Source of the DNA: Minisyncoccota bacterium
GTDB lineage: Bacteria > Patescibacteriota > Minisyncoccia > Phycocordibacterales > CAJQIN01
NCBI GenBank assembly: GCA_905478465.1
Contig: CAJQIN010000012.1
Coordinates: 98,890 to 158,942, forward strand
DNA: 60,053 nt
Direction of reading: 5' to 3'
Below, in pieces: positions 48,693 through 57,751 of the stretch. The translations under genes were made by a program, and so were the position numbers. Within the stretch, counting starts at the first letter, position 1, and every line of letters starts with the position of its first letter. Below the pieces are notes generated by a model that searched no databases, was not told the DNA's origin, and was given only the letters and a program-made list of their open reading frames with translations.

Positions 48693-49880
48693 ATGCCACA
48701 AGTAAAATCAGACGTAGAAACATTTGCACGGATTAAAGTCCTAGGAATCGGAGGATCAGGAAATAATGCCCTTGAACACATGATTGCCTCAAAGGTACAT
48801 GGGGTTGAATTTATATCCATAAATACCGACTCTCAAGATCTTCACAAATCATCAGCAAAGAAAAAAATTCATATTGGAAAAAATGTTACCAAAGGACTCG
48901 GAGCCGGAATGAACCCTGAAGTAGGAAGACGAGCAGCCGAAGAAACCCTTGAGGAAATCCAAGAATCAGTAAAAGGTGCCGACATGGTCTTTGTTGCTGG
49001 AGGATGTGGAGGAGGAACATTTTCAGGAGCATCTCCAAAAATTGCACAGACAGCAAAAGAATCTGGTGCTCTTACCGTTGCAGTAGCAACAAAACCATTC
49101 TTCTTTGAAGGAAAAATGAGAATGCAAATTGCAGAAAAAGCAATCGAGGATCTACGAAAATCAGTAGATGCTTACATTATTATTCCAAATGATAGACTTC
49201 TCGGTGTTATAGACAAAGAAACAACAGCAAAAAATGCTTTTGCTAAATGTGATGAGGTTCTCAAGCAAGCAGTTGAGGGTATCTCAGACCTAATCACTAC
49301 ACCAGGTATCATTAACGTCGACTTCGCAGATATCCGAGCTATCCTTATGAATGCAGGAGCTGCTCTTATGGGTATCGGTATTGCCAACGGAGAAAAACGA
49401 GCTGAAGAAGCTGCCAAAATGGCTATCAATTCCCCACTTCTTGATATCTCAATTGCTGGTGCAAATGGTGTTCTCTTCTCTATTGCAGGAGGTGATGACC
49501 TTACCATGTTTGAAATACAAGAAGCTGCAAAAGTTATTACAGAATCAGTTGATGCTGATGCCAAGATCATTTTTGGAACAGTTAAAGACGACAAACTCAA
49601 AAAGGGTGAGGTGAAAGTAACTGTTATCGCTTCAGGTTTCCCAGAAGGAAGTCTCAAGAAAACACTTTTTGGAAATACAGCAACTCCTGAACCAGAAGCA
49701 AAACCAGAAAAGAAAGGAATTTTCAACTCAATCACCCACACAGAAGACAAGAAAGAAGAGGTGAAGAAAGAAAAAGAAGAGGTGAAGAAAAAAGAAGATA
49801 CCTCTCCAAAAACTCTTCCTGACGATGATGATGAATGGGGTGCAGTTCCTTCATTCCTTCGACGATCTAAATTAAAATAA
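48693..49880 (+). CDS. ftsZ: Cell division protein FtsZ
   Basis: IKVLGIGGSGNNA, GLGAG.NP, INVDFAD T7 loop, C-terminal VPSFLRR; signature loop reads GGGTFSG. Confidence 0.95.
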   Translation: MPQVKSDVETFARIKVLGIGGSGNNALEHMIASKVHGVEFISINTDSQDLHKSSAKKKIHIGKNVTKGLGAGMNPEVGRRAAEETLEEIQESVKGADMVFVAGGCGGGTFSGASPKIAQTAKESGALTVAVATKPFFFEGKMRMQIAEKAIEDLRKSVDAYIIIPNDRLLGVIDKETTAKNAFAKCDEVLKQAVEGISDLITTPGIINVDFADIRAILMNAGAALMGIGIANGEKRAEEAAKMAINSPLLDISIAGANGVLFSIAGGDDLTMFEIQEAAKVITESVDADAKIIFGTVKDDKLKKGEVKVTVIASGFPEGSLKKTLFGNTATPEPEAKPEKKGIFNSITHTEDKKEEVKKEKEEVKKKEDTSPKTLPDDDDEWGAVPSFLRRSKLK

Positions 49881-49895
49881 AAACATTCACAGATT

Positions 49896-49927
49896 AAAAA
49901 TTCCAACTCGTACGAGTTGGAATTTTT
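49896..49927. terminator. Terminator-like perfect 32-bp palindrome after ftsZ
   Basis: aaaaattccaactcgt|acgagttggaattttt, no spacer. Confidence 0.75.
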
Positions 49928-49966
49928 GTTATAATCTAATAACTAACAATTAAAAATAGAAATTCT

Positions 49967-50893
49967 ATGTACGATCTAGTTATAATTGGAGGAGGACCCG
50001 CAGGTGTTGCCGCTGGAGTCTATGCTTCTAGAAAACAACTTAAAAGCCTACTTATCACAGAAAACTTCGGTGGACAGAGCGTTGTATCTGAAGATATCCA
50101 AAACTGGATTGGAACAGTATCGATTAGCGGCGAGAAACTAGCAAAAGATCTTGAAGCACACCTTCGCGCATATTCAGGAGACATTGTTGATATAAAAACA
50201 GGAACTCGTGTGACACATATAACAAAAAAAGAAAATACCTTCACAATAGAAACGACAAATGGAGATCTTATTGAATCTAGATCTGTTCTCGTTGCCACAG
50301 GAAGTACTCGCCGAAAACTCCAAGTGCCTGGAGCAGAAGAATTTGATAATAAAGGTCTCACCTACTGTGCCACTTGTGATGGACCGCTCTTTTCTGGAAA
50401 AGACGTGGTTGTCATCGGAGGAGGAAATGCCGCCTTTGAAAGTGCTGCGCAACTTCTCGCATATGCAAAAAGTGTCACCCTGATCAACCGAAGTGACAAG
50501 TTTCGAGCTGATGAAGTCACTGTCGAAAAAGTTCTGGCACATCCAAATATGAAAGCCATCACAAAAGCAGTCATGAAAGAAGTAAGAGGAGAAAAGTTTG
50601 TTACAGGATTTATCTACACAAACACAGAGACCAATGAAGACACAGAAATGCCCATTGACGGCATCTTTGTAGAAATTGGACTCATTCCTACAACAGACTT
50701 CGTTGATGGCGTAGCAGAGAGAAATGACCACAATCAAGTCATTACAGACCCTCGAACGGGACGTACAAACACCCTCGGTATCTGGGCTGCTGGAGACTGC
50801 ACAGACGGACTCTATCACCAGAACAATATTGCTGCAGGAGATGCGGTAAAAGCTCTGGAAGATATTTACATGTACATACAGACAACAAAATAA
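49967..50893 (+). CDS. Thioredoxin-reductase/AhpF-like FAD-dependent disulfide oxidoreductase
   Basis: IIGGGPAG, CATCDGP active site, VIGGGN, GIWAAGD. Confidence 0.9.
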   Translation: MYDLVIIGGGPAGVAAGVYASRKQLKSLLITENFGGQSVVSEDIQNWIGTVSISGEKLAKDLEAHLRAYSGDIVDIKTGTRVTHITKKENTFTIETTNGDLIESRSVLVATGSTRRKLQVPGAEEFDNKGLTYCATCDGPLFSGKDVVVIGGGNAAFESAAQLLAYAKSVTLINRSDKFRADEVTVEKVLAHPNMKAITKAVMKEVRGEKFVTGFIYTNTETNEDTEMPIDGIFVEIGLIPTTDFVDGVAERNDHNQVITDPRTGRTNTLGIWAAGDCTDGLYHQNNIAAGDAVKALEDIYMYIQTTK

Positions 50894-50901
50894 ATCTATA
50901 C

Positions 50902-50941
50902 AAACAACCCCTTGTATGAGTTTTCATGCAAGGGGTTGTTT
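50902..50941 (+). terminator. Terminator after the oxidoreductase gene
   Basis: aaacaaccccttgtatga / tcatgcaaggggttgttt (one G-T pair). Confidence 0.75.
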
Positions 50942-51007
50942 TTTAAAAAAAATACTCTAATATCAAAATTAGAAACTAATCTATCGTAATTTTACAGGAG
51001 AAAAGTC

Positions 51008-51295
51008 ATGAATATTGAAAAAATGGCATATTTCGTAATGCCAGACGGATCAAACTCCGGAATTATTGTTTTTTCAAATGACCTGGAAATAAAAGTTACA
51101 AGCAAAGAACATGCCGCACTTATCATCTCTGCAGCGCTTCAAGAGGGTTATATTACAGAAAATGAACTAGCTAGTTTGTCAGAGATGATCTGTGAGAGTT
51201 GTCTTATTTCAGAACCAATAAGTGTTGTGTTATGTTCCGCTCCACCAAAAAATACCCCTTTCATCAAAGGATGTCTGGATATGTACCCAAATTAA
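51008..51295 (+). CDS. Hypothetical protein
   Basis: 95-aa ORF with SD CAGGAG upstream and hairpin agatgccga/tcggcatct (51305-51329) downstream. Confidence 0.55.
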   Translation: MNIEKMAYFVMPDGSNSGIIVFSNDLEIKVTSKEHAALIISAALQEGYITENELASLSEMICESCLISEPISVVLCSAPPKNTPFIKGCLDMYPN

Positions 51296-51332
51296 AAAGA
51301 ATTTAGATGCCGACACAAGATCGGCATCTTTT

Positions 51333-51917
51333 TTATTTATCTACGGCCTCACCTGCCAAAAGCTCATCTACCAAATCCTCAATACCCACTTTTGTCTTCG
51401 AAGAATATGGAAAAAGTTTATGTCCCTCCAATTGTTCACCCAGCTTTTGTAAGCGATGCTTACAATGAGATTTTTTAATCTTATCTATCTTATTCAAAAC
51501 AACAACAATTTCTTTTCCTGTTGTTTCTAATTCATTTAACATTTCTATATCATCAACAGTAGGTCCAATATTCGCATCAATGAGTAAGACTATCTTTTGA
51601 TTATGATGAGAAACAAAAAGATACCAAAATAGAAGCTTACTCAGCTTCTCTAATGTTTTCATTTTTGTCTTAGCAAAACCATAACCAGGTAAATCCACAA
51701 AATAATGAGTATCATTTATCAAAAAGACATTCATTTCCTGAGTTCGACCGGGAGTATTACTGGTTCTAGCCAACTTCTTTATTCCTGTTAGAGAATTCAT
51801 GAGACTAGACTTCCCCGCATTTGAACGACCAATAAAAGCGATCTGAGGTATTCCGTCTTCCAGAATCTCATTATCACCCTTTATTCCTCGCATAAATTTT
51901 GCAGAATTTATTTTCAT
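51333..51917 (-). CDS. engB: Ribosome biogenesis GTP-binding protein YihA/YsxC
   Basis: GRSNAGKSS, SNTPGRTQ, DLPGYG, NKID. Confidence 0.93.
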   Translation of the reverse strand: MKINSAKFMRGIKGDNEILEDGIPQIAFIGRSNAGKSSLMNSLTGIKKLARTSNTPGRTQEMNVFLINDTHYFVDLPGYGFAKTKMKTLEKLSKLLFWYLFVSHHNQKIVLLIDANIGPTVDDIEMLNELETTGKEIVVVLNKIDKIKKSHCKHRLQKLGEQLEGHKLFPYSSKTKVGIEDLVDELLAGEAVDK

Positions 51918-51985
51918 AAAAGAACTATAGCATATTGAGTACTACAGACTAATTTAGACTGAAATATGATAATTTTTTACAAAAA

Positions 51986-52249
51986 TTAATTATCAAATCT
52001 GTAATCAGTCACCTCATCAAGATTAACTCCATAATATTTTTGATGTACCACCTTTTGATCTTCAAAAATAGCATCATCCCAATTAAGATCCAGAAATTTT
52101 ACACCTTCACGAACTTTTTCTTCAGAAGTAGACTCTATCTCAAGAACCATTGGAATTTTTGGCCAATAATTTATTTCAAACAAAATACCATCTTTTTTAT
52201 ACCTGACAATTTTCTTTTCTTGGTATCGTACCAGAGGAATACCAGGCAC
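51986..52249 (-). pseudogene. 3' fragment of a CYTH (class IV adenylate cyclase-like) gene
   Basis: YQEKK..Y....FEI..WP.IP..LEIE...EE.V C-terminal CYTH pattern; no N-terminal ExExK half and no credible start. Confidence 0.6.
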
Positions 52250-52250
52250 T

Positions 52251-52808
52251 CCTAAAAATTCTGGTCAATGGTACAACGGAGCACATGAGCCATTAATTAC
52301 TAGGGAGCTCTTTGATTTGGTCCAAACGAACATGAAGAGTAATATTCTCGAGCCAAGGTCAAAACAAAAAGAGTTTGCGTTTACCAAAATAATGACTTGT
52401 GGACTTTGTGGTTCAGGTATTACTGCGGATGAAAAGTTTAAGAAGCAGAAGAATGGTAATGTCCACCGTTACGTTTATTACAAATGTACTCGCACCAGAG
52501 ACCCAAATTGTGATTGTGGTTTTATTAATGAAAACGACCTTATCTCACAGCTGCAGAATCTGATTAATGATATCGATATTAAAGTAGTACCAATGAGAGA
52601 CAAAATTACTGCTGAAGTGAAGCGGTACAAACAATTTCAACAAATGCTACTCGGAGACGAGATCCAGATTGTAATAAAAGATATCGATATCAGAGACTAC
52701 GCTAAATTCCTTCTTCGGGAAGGTTCCCTTGATGAGAAACGTGAACTCCTTAGTTGTTTAAAAAACAGTATTTTTTTAAACAAAAAACATATTCGAATTG
52801 CTCAATAA
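52251..52808 (+). pseudogene. 3' fragment of a large serine recombinase (end of Recombinase domain plus Zn ribbon)
   Basis: In-frame PKNSGQWYNGAHEPLIT..LF upstream of the ORF-track start; CGLCG...YYKC Zn ribbon; catalytic resolvase domain missing. Confidence 0.75.
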
Positions 52809-52830
52809 AGTCTATATTCTAATTTTGGTT

Positions 52831-55800
52831 TTAAAGAACTGCTTTTAACTCTTCCTTATAATCATCGGGGAGGTTTATTTCTTTTAGTGTGAAAATTTCA
52901 TCAATCCTTCCTTGAAGCGTACGTTTTTGATCAGGCGGTGCAGAGTTCATGATATTCAGTAGACCTTGGTATATCTTTTCATGCTTCTTATAGCGGGGTT
53001 TAGTTTCAATAATGAGGTCAACTAAAGCATTGAGAGATACAACCGAACGGTGTCGTGAAAAGAAATCAAATACTTGTTCAGCTATTTGTATTTCTGTATC
53101 AGTCATTTTGTATTTTCTCGCAAGTAAGAAATATTTCTTTGTAACCAGAGACCACCTTTGAGGTTCAGATTGCTGGCCCATAAAAGTAATGTGGTCGCCA
53201 ACCAGCTCTGTTATTGCTCCTTTGTCGAGTAGTCCACAATCAGTGAAAATATCCAACAATGTAATACCTGTTTGCTGGATTTCAGCATTTGGGTTACGCA
53301 CTCTGTCTTTTACTGCATTAAATGCTGGCGTTCTCAAATCGTCACCATCTTGTTTGGTGTGTGCAATCAGGTTGGCCAGCTCAATGACTAGGTCGTGCCT
53401 GTTCTGTACGTGATGCTTCATTCTGCTAAATGAAGCGTTTGCGACCTTGTTGGCGTCAAAGTAGTTCTCTCTAGTTTGAAGCCATTGCACAACGTCCAAG
53501 CAGTTGTCTGTGTCAACGATTTTGCGACAAGCTAAAGTTTCAGCCACTTCTCGGTTTACCAAGCCAGCTTCTATAAGTTTTAACAAGGCCCCCTCTTCAC
53601 GGGTGACTCTTTCTCGCAAAATGTTCATGTGTGTATCAAGTAAGATGTCTTTATCTGTACTCGGTATGTGCTTCAAAAACTCAACAACTTCCTCAATTGG
53701 CACAGTTTTAAGTTGGTTGTCTATTATTGTCTTCATCTCACCGTCTAGTTCTGTCTTGTACGTATAAAGACGGGCATAAAGTGCGAGTAAGAAATCTATG
53801 ATTAACACTTTCTCTTTGCTTTCGTTTCTGTTATAGATCTGTGTCCACTCAGCAGCGAGCTGATGAACCAAGCCAGCATATTGTTGGTCACATTCATTCA
53901 CAAACCGCTTTATTGTTGTGAGTATATTTTCTAGAACCTCTTTCTTGGTCACTGACGAAGCATTGTCACCCAATGAAATAAATTGAGTTAAAATCGCCTT
54001 TTTATTTCTTGATGTATTTTCTGTTAGAGCAATCTTGCGTTGTACCCGCAATGCTTCGTCTTCTTGCGGTGAGAAATCGTTTAGGCTGATTGAGGTTATC
54101 AGAGCATCTTGAACTTGCTGTGGCAGTTCAAAAAGTCCTTTCATATTTTCGAGTGACTCGATTTCCTCGTAAAGAGTTAGGTTTTTCAGTGTTTCCTTCA
54201 GTCTTTTAATGGCTTCTGCATCTTTGTCTTCACTGAGTAGGATGGTGAGATATTTTGTCAATTCTAACTTGTAGTCAGGTATTTCAATCCTAGAGTCAAC
54301 GTCTGAATTGTTGCCCTCAAACACTTGGCTAAGCAAGTCAATCAGTCCATCAAACAGACGTTGTCTGTGAATACTATTAAGACCATTGGCCAAGAGGTAG
54401 TCTGCATTTTTTAGTTCAAATAGTTCGAGTCCGCCGAACTTGCTTTCATTTAGTATCAAATCCACAAATCTTTGAGTTTGCGTGTGGTGCATTTGTAGTT
54501 TGTGGGATTTTGCATACGCAATATAAGAGTGAATGCTGTTTCGAACGATAGAGTCATTAACTGTTTTATCAAGCTTGCTTAAAAGCATTCGCTCGAAGTT
54601 ATCTTTTTGATTTGCTTCTACGACTGAAAATATCTTCGCAAACGTATCAAGGTCTTCTTCCGATAGTGCTTCTAACATCTGTGTGCTACCAGAGATAGAA
54701 GTTGCCCCGTTTGGTGTTTTTAAGTATATAAATGGCTCAATATCGCTAGTCAAGACACTTTCAGTTGTTTTGAGGAAAGTGTACAACTCAGCATCCTTTA
54801 GCAACTCAGAGAAATATTTGTTTGGCACTTTCCCAGAGCTAACAATATGTTCCTGAAGATTGACCCAGTAATGTGGGTGATGTTTAAGCTCGTCAAATAG
54901 ATCTCGAAAATCTCTCTGGAATATAAGTACTTTGGCAAGCATTGCGATATTTCCCGACACCACGCCCTTTGGTTGCAGGGCGGGAGTGGGTGAGTTCTCA
55001 CGAGCAAGTGCGAGTTTATAAGCGGTCTGAAGTGAGTTTACAAACTGAATGATTTTTCGAGGATTGTCCTTGTGTGCTTGTGCAATAACTGAAATGAGAC
55101 TATTACTTCCCGGCACGTTACTTTTATTAAGTGCTTTTCTGGCAAAATCTTCGAGATCGTCGCTATAAATTGGCGGGATGCGAAGATTGACGTTGAAGAA
55201 CTTTCTCAAAAATTCGTCAATAATTTTATGTTCCTTGGGTTCATAACTGTAGTAGTTTCTCAGATGTCTAATGACAGCGTCTTCGTCACATTGCACAATG
55301 AAAGCAACTTTTTTATGACACACGTACGTTTTGATCGCAGTCAAAAGCTCAACAGCTTTTTCGTCAGAGACTCGATCAAGGTTGTCAATGATAATTACGA
55401 TTCTGTCGTATCCGTGCTGACTGCTCTCGATGACGTCCTTGTAGATAGATGAAAACTCTTCGATACCTTTCACAGGGTCTTTTGAATAGGTTACCTTCTT
55501 TTGCTCAAAGTACTTACCAAAAAAATCGAGAGCAGATGGGGTAAGAAAGGCAAAGAAACTTGTTCCTGCCACCAATGTAATTATCCATCGTTTATAGAGA
55601 AACAGCACTTCAGCAGGTGATAGTCCGCCAGGAACATAACTCACTAAATAGGCTACGAGAAGTGCTAAAAAGACTATGAGTGTGTAGAAAGGTAGAAACT
55701 TATTAAGAACAATTTCTCCAGTGGGTACAGTCTCAGTTTTCCTCAGATACATCCTCTCAACATCATGATTTTTAACACGGAGCTGTTGAGAGACAGTTGT

Positions 55801-56097
55801 TAAAAATTCCCTACGAAATGATCCTGCTTCATGTTTCCAAACATCGAAAGTTATAACCTTCACTTTTTTGTTCTTTAAGTAGTTTCGTTCCAGTGAGTCA
55901 CCAATACTGCTTTTTCCAGTACCCCAACCACCCAATAGTCCGATGGTCAAGTCGCTAGCATCTACCTTTCCACTCCACTCATCAATCATTTCTTGAAGTA
56001 TCGAAACAATATGAACGTGACCAAAATCATCGGCTTCATGTAAATTGAGAACCTTATCTTCAATTATCTTTATAGAGTTGTCTTTTTTTGACGACAT
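52831..56097 (-). CDS. KAP-family P-loop NTPase with two TM helices and a long helical C-terminal region
   Basis: Walker A GGWGTGKS, two TMs between the Walker motifs, Walker B IVIIIDNLDR, FLRKFFNV.LRIP; ATG 56097. Confidence 0.88.
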   Translation of the reverse strand: MSSKKDNSIKIIEDKVLNLHEADDFGHVHIVSILQEMIDEWSGKVDASDLTIGLLGGWGTGKSSIGDSLERNYLKNKKVKVITFDVWKHEAGSFRREFLTTVSQQLRVKNHDVERMYLRKTETVPTGEIVLNKFLPFYTLIVFLALLVAYLVSYVPGGLSPAEVLFLYKRWIITLVAGTSFFAFLTPSALDFFGKYFEQKKVTYSKDPVKGIEEFSSIYKDVIESSQHGYDRIVIIIDNLDRVSDEKAVELLTAIKTYVCHKKVAFIVQCDEDAVIRHLRNYYSYEPKEHKIIDEFLRKFFNVNLRIPPIYSDDLEDFARKALNKSNVPGSNSLISVIAQAHKDNPRKIIQFVNSLQTAYKLALARENSPTPALQPKGVVSGNIAMLAKVLIFQRDFRDLFDELKHHPHYWVNLQEHIVSSGKVPNKYFSELLKDAELYTFLKTTESVLTSDIEPFIYLKTPNGATSISGSTQMLEALSEEDLDTFAKIFSVVEANQKDNFERMLLSKLDKTVNDSIVRNSIHSYIAYAKSHKLQMHHTQTQRFVDLILNESKFGGLELFELKNADYLLANGLNSIHRQRLFDGLIDLLSQVFEGNNSDVDSRIEIPDYKLELTKYLTILLSEDKDAEAIKRLKETLKNLTLYEEIESLENMKGLFELPQQVQDALITSISLNDFSPQEDEALRVQRKIALTENTSRNKKAILTQFISLGDNASSVTKKEVLENILTTIKRFVNECDQQYAGLVHQLAAEWTQIYNRNESKEKVLIIDFLLALYARLYTYKTELDGEMKTIIDNQLKTVPIEEVVEFLKHIPSTDKDILLDTHMNILRERVTREEGALLKLIEAGLVNREVAETLACRKIVDTDNCLDVVQWLQTRENYFDANKVANASFSRMKHHVQNRHDLVIELANLIAHTKQDGDDLRTPAFNAVKDRVRNPNAEIQQTGITLLDIFTDCGLLDKGAITELVGDHITFMGQQSEPQRWSLVTKKYFLLARKYKMTDTEIQIAEQVFDFFSRHRSVVSLNALVDLIIETKPRYKKHEKIYQGLLNIMNSAPPDQKRTLQGRIDEIFTLKEINLPDDYKEELKAVL

Positions 56098-56128
56098 GTA
56101 CTTTGAATTATAGCAATTTATACCTTCT

Positions 56129-56174
56129 GAAGCATTCAAAAACAGCCTCATTTGAGGCTGTTTTTGAATGCTTC
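56129..56174 (-). terminator. 22-bp perfect inverted repeat downstream of the att-like tRNA fragment
   Basis: gaagcattcaaaaacagcctca-tt-tgaggctgtttttgaatgcttc. Confidence 0.7.
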
Positions 56175-56190
56175 TCGTGCTAGCACGAAT

Positions 56191-56201
56191 TGGTGACCCC
56201 A
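56191..56201 (-). repeat. att-like site matching a tRNA 3' end (TGGGGTC-A-CCA; tRNA-Glu-like)
   Basis: Minus strand reads TGGGGTCACCA then a 14-bp palindrome and a terminator, as after a tRNA gene, but there is no 5' tRNA half. Confidence 0.5.
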
Positions 56202-56327
56202 ATTAGAACGAATTGGAACCAGATAGTAAAGGAGTTGGTGGAGTGGAGGAAATTTAGACCTGAGCAAAGGATTGTATACGTATCAAGATAGGATTGAAAA
56301 ATAATTTCATAGGTATAAGGTGTAGTT

Positions 56328-56819
56328 ATGAGTATCCCAATAACAATTAATTTTTTTAGGGAGATCGAACTGTATCAGGAGCTTAAGACTCTTGATAAAA
56401 AATTTAAGAAAGACAAGGCTGCTGGATGGAAAGTTTGGAATACAGAAAAAGCAATACTAAGTTGGTGTGCAGACGACACATCTTTGGCAAACAAAAGAAC
56501 TTCGCAGAAAATTAGAAGAGCTGTCCTAAAGGAAGGTAGTTTAAGTCTAGCTGAAATTATCAAGGAGCACGATATTCATCTGACTGTCCCCATGGAAAAC
56601 CTAATAAAAAGAGGTTTCGCCGAGGGGAATAGAGAAGAAATTATTCTTACTAAAGAAGGCGTTCTAATGGGCACCGTTATCAATAAATCAAAAAAAATAT
56701 CTGGGAAGATTCATTACGAACTTTTCTATTGGCTGACTTGGGCAGCAATAATATCTGGATCTTTTATAGTTATACTTAACGCATTAGAAAAACTTTCTAG
56801 GTTGATACCTTGGACATAA
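56328..56819 (+). CDS. Hypothetical protein, possible winged helix plus C-terminal TM
   Basis: MENLIKRGFAE...I.LTKEG wing-like motif; hydrophobic C-terminal helix. Confidence 0.55.
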   Translation: MSIPITINFFREIELYQELKTLDKKFKKDKAAGWKVWNTEKAILSWCADDTSLANKRTSQKIRRAVLKEGSLSLAEIIKEHDIHLTVPMENLIKRGFAEGNREEIILTKEGVLMGTVINKSKKISGKIHYELFYWLTWAAIISGSFIVILNALEKLSRLIPWT

Positions 56820-56837
56820 TTAATAAGAAAAAGAACT

Positions 56838-57749
56838 ATGAATATAAAAATAAAAATGTTAAGTGTCATTATGGTGGTATTCATGCTTCCACAGATCGTT
56901 TTTGCTGCTTGGTGGAATCCTCTTAGTTGGTTTGATAATTGGAACTTTTTATTGTCAGAAAGAGAGAGCGAAACCGAGATTCTTGAACAAAGAGTTGCAG
57001 AGCTTGAAGATAAGCTGTTGGAAGAAAAAACTACTGAGGAAAATCTAACCAAAGAAGAGGTTGTGTCTGAAACTTCAGAAGAGGCTTCTGTAAAAAATAC
57101 TGAACCCATAGCACCTAGCGAACCAGATGTGTCATTGATTGTTGCTGCCTATTACCAAGAAACAGCTCTTGGACCAATATCTTCTTCTATTGACTTATTT
57201 AGAGCTTATTCAACGGAGCTTAATAGATACATACAAGGTATTCCAGAGGTGGCTAACAACTTAGAAACAATGGTTCTGATTGGTTTCGATGGAGATGCTG
57301 ATGGCCTTATAGATTTCATAGATACGTGGGAAGATGATTACTTAAGAGACTTTCAAGATCTCAAAAACATAGTTGACGGCTATATACAGGAAGTCGAGGA
57401 ACAAAAAAACTTATTGATAAGAGTGAGTGGTGATTTAAGAACGAAATATATACCACTAAGCCAAGAGTCAAAATATTCCCAAGAGATAGACACATATCAT
57501 AATCAAATCGATGTTTGGATTGAAGATATAAAAACCGCACAGAGCAGACTAACGAACAGATTTATTGAAGAAAAGGATTATATGAATGAGGCAGTTTATG
57601 AAGCCTCAGTAAATAGAGTGTCTGTGTCTATACCTTCTTTACCAACCTATTCTCCTCCACCCCCAAGTATCAGCTCTTACAAACCACCGATAACTACTTA
57701 TTGTGACAACTATGGAAATAGCATTTCTTGCACATCATATTCTTGGTAA
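56838..57749 (+). CDS. Secreted coiled-coil protein with WWNPLSWF motif
   Basis: Signal peptide ending VFA|A; WWNPLSWF; long amphipathic helices; Pro/Ser linker; C-terminal C..YGNSI.C. Confidence 0.7.
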   Translation: MNIKIKMLSVIMVVFMLPQIVFAAWWNPLSWFDNWNFLLSERESETEILEQRVAELEDKLLEEKTTEENLTKEEVVSETSEEASVKNTEPIAPSEPDVSLIVAAYYQETALGPISSSIDLFRAYSTELNRYIQGIPEVANNLETMVLIGFDGDADGLIDFIDTWEDDYLRDFQDLKNIVDGYIQEVEEQKNLLIRVSGDLRTKYIPLSQESKYSQEIDTYHNQIDVWIEDIKTAQSRLTNRFIEEKDYMNEAVYEASVNRVSVSIPSLPTYSPPPPSISSYKPPITTYCDNYGNSISCTSYSW

Positions 57750-57751
57750 AA

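Noticed and set aside
534-50927. Many ORF-track entries antisense to or overlapping known genes (e.g. 534-770, 8584-9030, 16409-16927, 26675-27277, 49172-49906, 50174-50818)
   Set aside because: Shadow frames of well-supported genes, with no motifs or independent expression signals.
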